DNA of 37,078 nucleotides from a virus (Duplodnaviria; Heunggongvirae; Uroviricota; Caudoviricetes): IMG/VR virus record IMGVR_UViG_2537562172_000008; one strand, 5' to 3'. Shown piece by piece: positions 34,521 to 37,078 of this stretch (position 1 is its first letter; each line of letters starts with the position of its first letter). The notes under the pieces were generated by a model. It saw only the letters and a program-made list of their open reading frames with translations, ran no database searches and was not told where the DNA came from. The position numbers and the translations under genes were made by a program.

Positions 34521-35163
34521 GAAATACACACTAATCTATGCAGATCCACCTTGGGTATACCGGGACAAAGCCGCAGATGGTAATCGCGGTGCCGGCTTTA
34601 AATATCCTGTTATGAGTGTGCTGGATATCTGCCGCCTTCCTGTGTGGGATTTGGCCGGTGAAAACTGTCTGTTGGCCATGTGGTGGGTGCCAACACAACC
34701 ACTCGAAGCACTAAAAGTTGTTGAAGCCTGGGGATTCCGTCTGATGACCATGAAGGGCTTCACGTGGATAAAATGTGGTAGTCGACAACCAGATAAACTG
34801 GTTATGGGTATGGGGCACATGACTCGCGCCAATAGTGAAGATTGCCTGTTTGCAGTTAAGGGAAAACTACCTACGCGCATTAATGCAGGGATCGTTCAGT
34901 CATTTACCGCACCGCGGCTTGAGCATTCAAGAAAACCAGATGTCGTTCGTGAAAAACTTGTGCAATTGTTAGGCGATGTTTCTCGCATTGAACTGTTCGC
35001 CCGCCAGTCGTCTCATGGCTTCGATGTTTGGGGTAATCAGTGCGAAGACCCGGCAGTGCAACTACACCCTGGATACGCGTTGGATATTGGCGGATTAACA
35101 AATGCATTCAGCAATGCTCCGGTGTCACCAATAGACAACCAGGGGCGGGAGCGTGCAGCATGA
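34513..35163 (+). CDS. MT-A70-family N6-adenine DNA methyltransferase
   Basis: YADPPW (the DPPW catalytic motif) near the N-terminus with the surrounding MT-A70 fold pattern; ATG 34513 with GGGGTGG upstream is preferred over GTG 34501. Confidence 0.8.
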
Positions 35164-35819
35164 ACCTATATCAACGCATCAATGGCGCTGACTGGTGCAA
35201 TATCTTCGTCGTCGGCGATCTGCATGGGTGCTACACGCTGCTGATGAACGAACTCGACAAAGTTTCATTCGACCCGGCGCGCGATTTACTTATTTCCGTT
35301 GGTGACCTTGTTGACCGCGGCGCTGAAAACGTCGAATGCCTGGATTTGATTACTATGCCGTGGTTCCGAGCTGTTCGTGGCAACCATGAGCAGATGATGC
35401 TGGATGCACTGGTCAACGGCGGAAGTTTCGGACATTGGATGTCAAACGGCGGTGGATGGTGGCACCAACTTGATTCTGAGCAGGATGTGCAACTCAAATA
35501 CCTTCTGCCAAAGATTACCAACCTCCCGATGATTATCGAACTGGTTACCGGCAATAAGAAGGTCGTCATCTGTCACGCAGACTACCCGCACAACGAATAC
35601 GCATTCGATAAGCCAGTACCAGAAGAAATGGTGATATGGAATCGTGAGCGGGTTAGCGACGCGCAGGACGGTATTGTCTCGGAGATAACCGGTGCCGATT
35701 TGTTCATCTTCGGTCATACGCCAGCACATCACCCACTGGTGTATGCAAACCAGATGTACATCGACACCGGCGCAGTGTTCTGCGGAAATCTGACGCTTAC
35801 CAAAGTCCAGGAAGGATAG
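35160..35819 (+). CDS. Ser/Thr protein phosphatase, lambda PPase-like (calcineurin-type metallophosphoesterase)
   Basis: Motifs GDLHG, GDLVDRG and GNHE in canonical order. ORF track begins at 35040 but the ATG at 35160 overlaps the methyltransferase stop (ATGA) and gives the normal 219-aa length. Confidence 0.85.
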   Translation: MNLYQRINGADWCNIFVVGDLHGCYTLLMNELDKVSFDPARDLLISVGDLVDRGAENVECLDLITMPWFRAVRGNHEQMMLDALVNGGSFGHWMSNGGGWWHQLDSEQDVQLKYLLPKITNLPMIIELVTGNKKVVICHADYPHNEYAFDKPVPEEMVIWNRERVSDAQDGIVSEITGADLFIFGHTPAHHPLVYANQMYIDTGAVFCGNLTLTKVQEG

Positions 35820-35821
35820 AA

Positions 35822-37078
35822 TTATTTATTACTGTCTTCCATCCACTTCTCAAACTTCGACGGGGAGAACGGAATCAGATCCGTATGCTCCCCGTCAATC
35901 CAGGAATCAATCATATCGGCCCACTGCTGCAACATGTAGGCGCGCTGTCTTGCGTATTCCGCTTTGTTATATACGGCGCGCACACCTTTCTGCTCATGTG
36001 CCAGAGCCTTTTCAATCCAGTCTGAAGGATAACCAGCCTCATGCAACAACGTACTGGCTGTACGGCGCATATCGTGTACGGTGAAATCCTGAATATGCTC
36101 ACCATCTTCATTTATTATTTTCACCGTTCTGTCGATCAGAGAGTTCAGCGCGGCATTAGATAATGGCTTCCGGAAATTGTAACGACCAGGAGCCAGATAT
36201 TCACTTCCACCAGCGCACATCTGTAACCCGACCAATATATCCTGTGCCTGTTTAGGCAGGTAAATAACGTGCGCCCGGCTTCCCTTCATGCGGTCTGAAG
36301 GAATTGTCCATGTCCATTTTTTAAAATCTATTTCATCCCACGTTGCATTGGTGAACTCGCCTTTACGAACCATAGTGATAAGCACCAGCTTTAAAGCCAT
36401 TTTCATAGTGCCCATAGCACCAATGGCATCCAGCGTGCGGAAGAACAGGCCAATTTCTTCTGGTGTCAGTGTTCGCTCTCGTGGTTTAAATATGGCGATA
36501 GACGAAGGTTTAATGTCAGCCGCAGGATTAAACAAACCATGACCACGGTCATTGGCGTGACGGTATACGCTGCTGATGATCTCCCTTGCCTGTACTGCTG
36601 TTGCCCGACCACCGCGTTCGACAATCCGGTCACACAAATCACGAACCATCGATGTGGTAATTTCAGTCATCATTTTGTTGCCAAGAACTGGAAGTATGTC
36701 ACGGTCGATCACCGCCTGCTTCATTGCGCGGGTACTGTCAGCCAGGATGACGTGTTTCATATAACTGTCGGTATGTACCGCAAACGTCTCGGCACCACGA
36801 ATCTTTTTGATACCGTCACGTTTAGCCGCAGCCGGTGACTGGCCTGCTTTAAGCAGCTTCTTTGCAGCAATCAGTTCTTCTCGCGCTTCTGCCAGGCTGA
36901 TACCGTCACGCCCATACTGCCCGATTACCAGTGTTTCGCGGCGACCGTTGATACGGTAGTCATAGCGAAACGAGACCGTGCCTGACGTAAGCACAGCTAC
37001 ATACAGCCCGTCACGATCGGAGACCTTGTACAGTTTGTCCTGCGGCTTGAGGTTTTTTAATTTTGTATCGGTAAGCAC
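35822..37078 (-). CDS. int: tyrosine integrase, P4-like family (start at or just beyond the window edge)
   Basis: 418 aa; N-terminal LTDTKLKNLKPQDKLYKVSDRDGLYVAV arm-binding domain pattern and C-terminal catalytic region (HDMRRTASTLL ... RAVYNKAEY); first in-window codon is GTG, so the true start is probably 1-3 codons to the right. Confidence 0.85.
   Translation of the reverse strand: MLTDTKLKNLKPQDKLYKVSDRDGLYVAVLTSGTVSFRYDYRINGRRETLVIGQYGRDGISLAEAREELIAAKKLLKAGQSPAAAKRDGIKKIRGAETFAVHTDSYMKHVILADSTRAMKQAVIDRDILPVLGNKMMTEITTSMVRDLCDRIVERGGRATAVQAREIISSVYRHANDRGHGLFNPAADIKPSSIAIFKPRERTLTPEEIGLFFRTLDAIGAMGTMKMALKLVLITMVRKGEFTNATWDEIDFKKWTWTIPSDRMKGSRAHVIYLPKQAQDILVGLQMCAGGSEYLAPGRYNFRKPLSNAALNSLIDRTVKIINEDGEHIQDFTVHDMRRTASTLLHEAGYPSDWIEKALAHEQKGVRAVYNKAEYARQRAYMLQQWADMIDSWIDGEHTDLIPFSPSKFEKWMEDSNK

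Noticed and set aside
35040..35159. N-terminal extension of the phosphatase ORF and the GTG 34501 start of the methyltransferase
   Set aside because: Both extensions lie inside the preceding gene; the canonical proteins start at coupled ATGs (35160 and 34513) with upstream RBS-like sequence.
1..37078. The integrase fragments at the two window edges as halves of one gene in a circularly permuted genome
   Set aside because: They are on opposite strands, both are C-terminal-containing, and their sequences differ; they are two distinct integrase genes.

Overview
The window is almost entirely an integrated temperate phage of enterobacterial type, read by eye from the sequence and ORF track with no database searches; motif-level coordinates are hand-derived (allow about 2 bp), CDS coordinates follow the ORF track unless a start was re-assigned. 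Layout, left to right: the 3' end of a P4-family integrase (1-102, +); a strongly AT-rich pair of overlapping membrane-protein ORFs that together look like a Wzy-type O-antigen polymerase (291-1641, -); a tailspike (1700-4081, -); a LexA-box-controlled small gene on the opposite strand (4277-4534); then one long minus-strand late operon with T7/epsilon15-like podovirus gene order (internal virion proteins, tail tubular A/B, major capsid, scaffold, portal at 4577-20472), a tRNA-Arg(UCU) plus small-gene moron (20720-21857, +), and terminase large and small subunits (21858-23926). Upstream on the same strand are accessory genes, lambda P-like and O-like replication genes with origin iterons inside the O-like gene, and a Cro-like gene. 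The immunity region (29425-30611) has divergent cro and a tandem-HTH repressor with no autopeptidase domain. A rightward early operon follows: RecE-like exonuclease, Bet/RecT-type annealase, AlpA-type excisionase, MT-A70 adenine methyltransferase, lambda-type Ser/Thr phosphatase, then a second P4-family integrase (35822-37078, -) whose start touches the window edge. Three things are not explained by ordinary annotation: (1) a 15-bp palindrome TTACC-N5-GGTAA present in seven perfect and three degenerate copies, clustered at the cI/cro and early-left promoters but also at four scattered intergenic positions; (2) a perfect 12-bp palindrome GTGACATGTCAC three times, each between a stop codon and an intrinsic terminator; (3) the near-consensus SOS box driving a small antisense gene in a prophage whose repressor cannot self-cleave, which I read as a candidate antirepressor induction module. 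No Q-type antiterminator and no lysis cassette were recognised.
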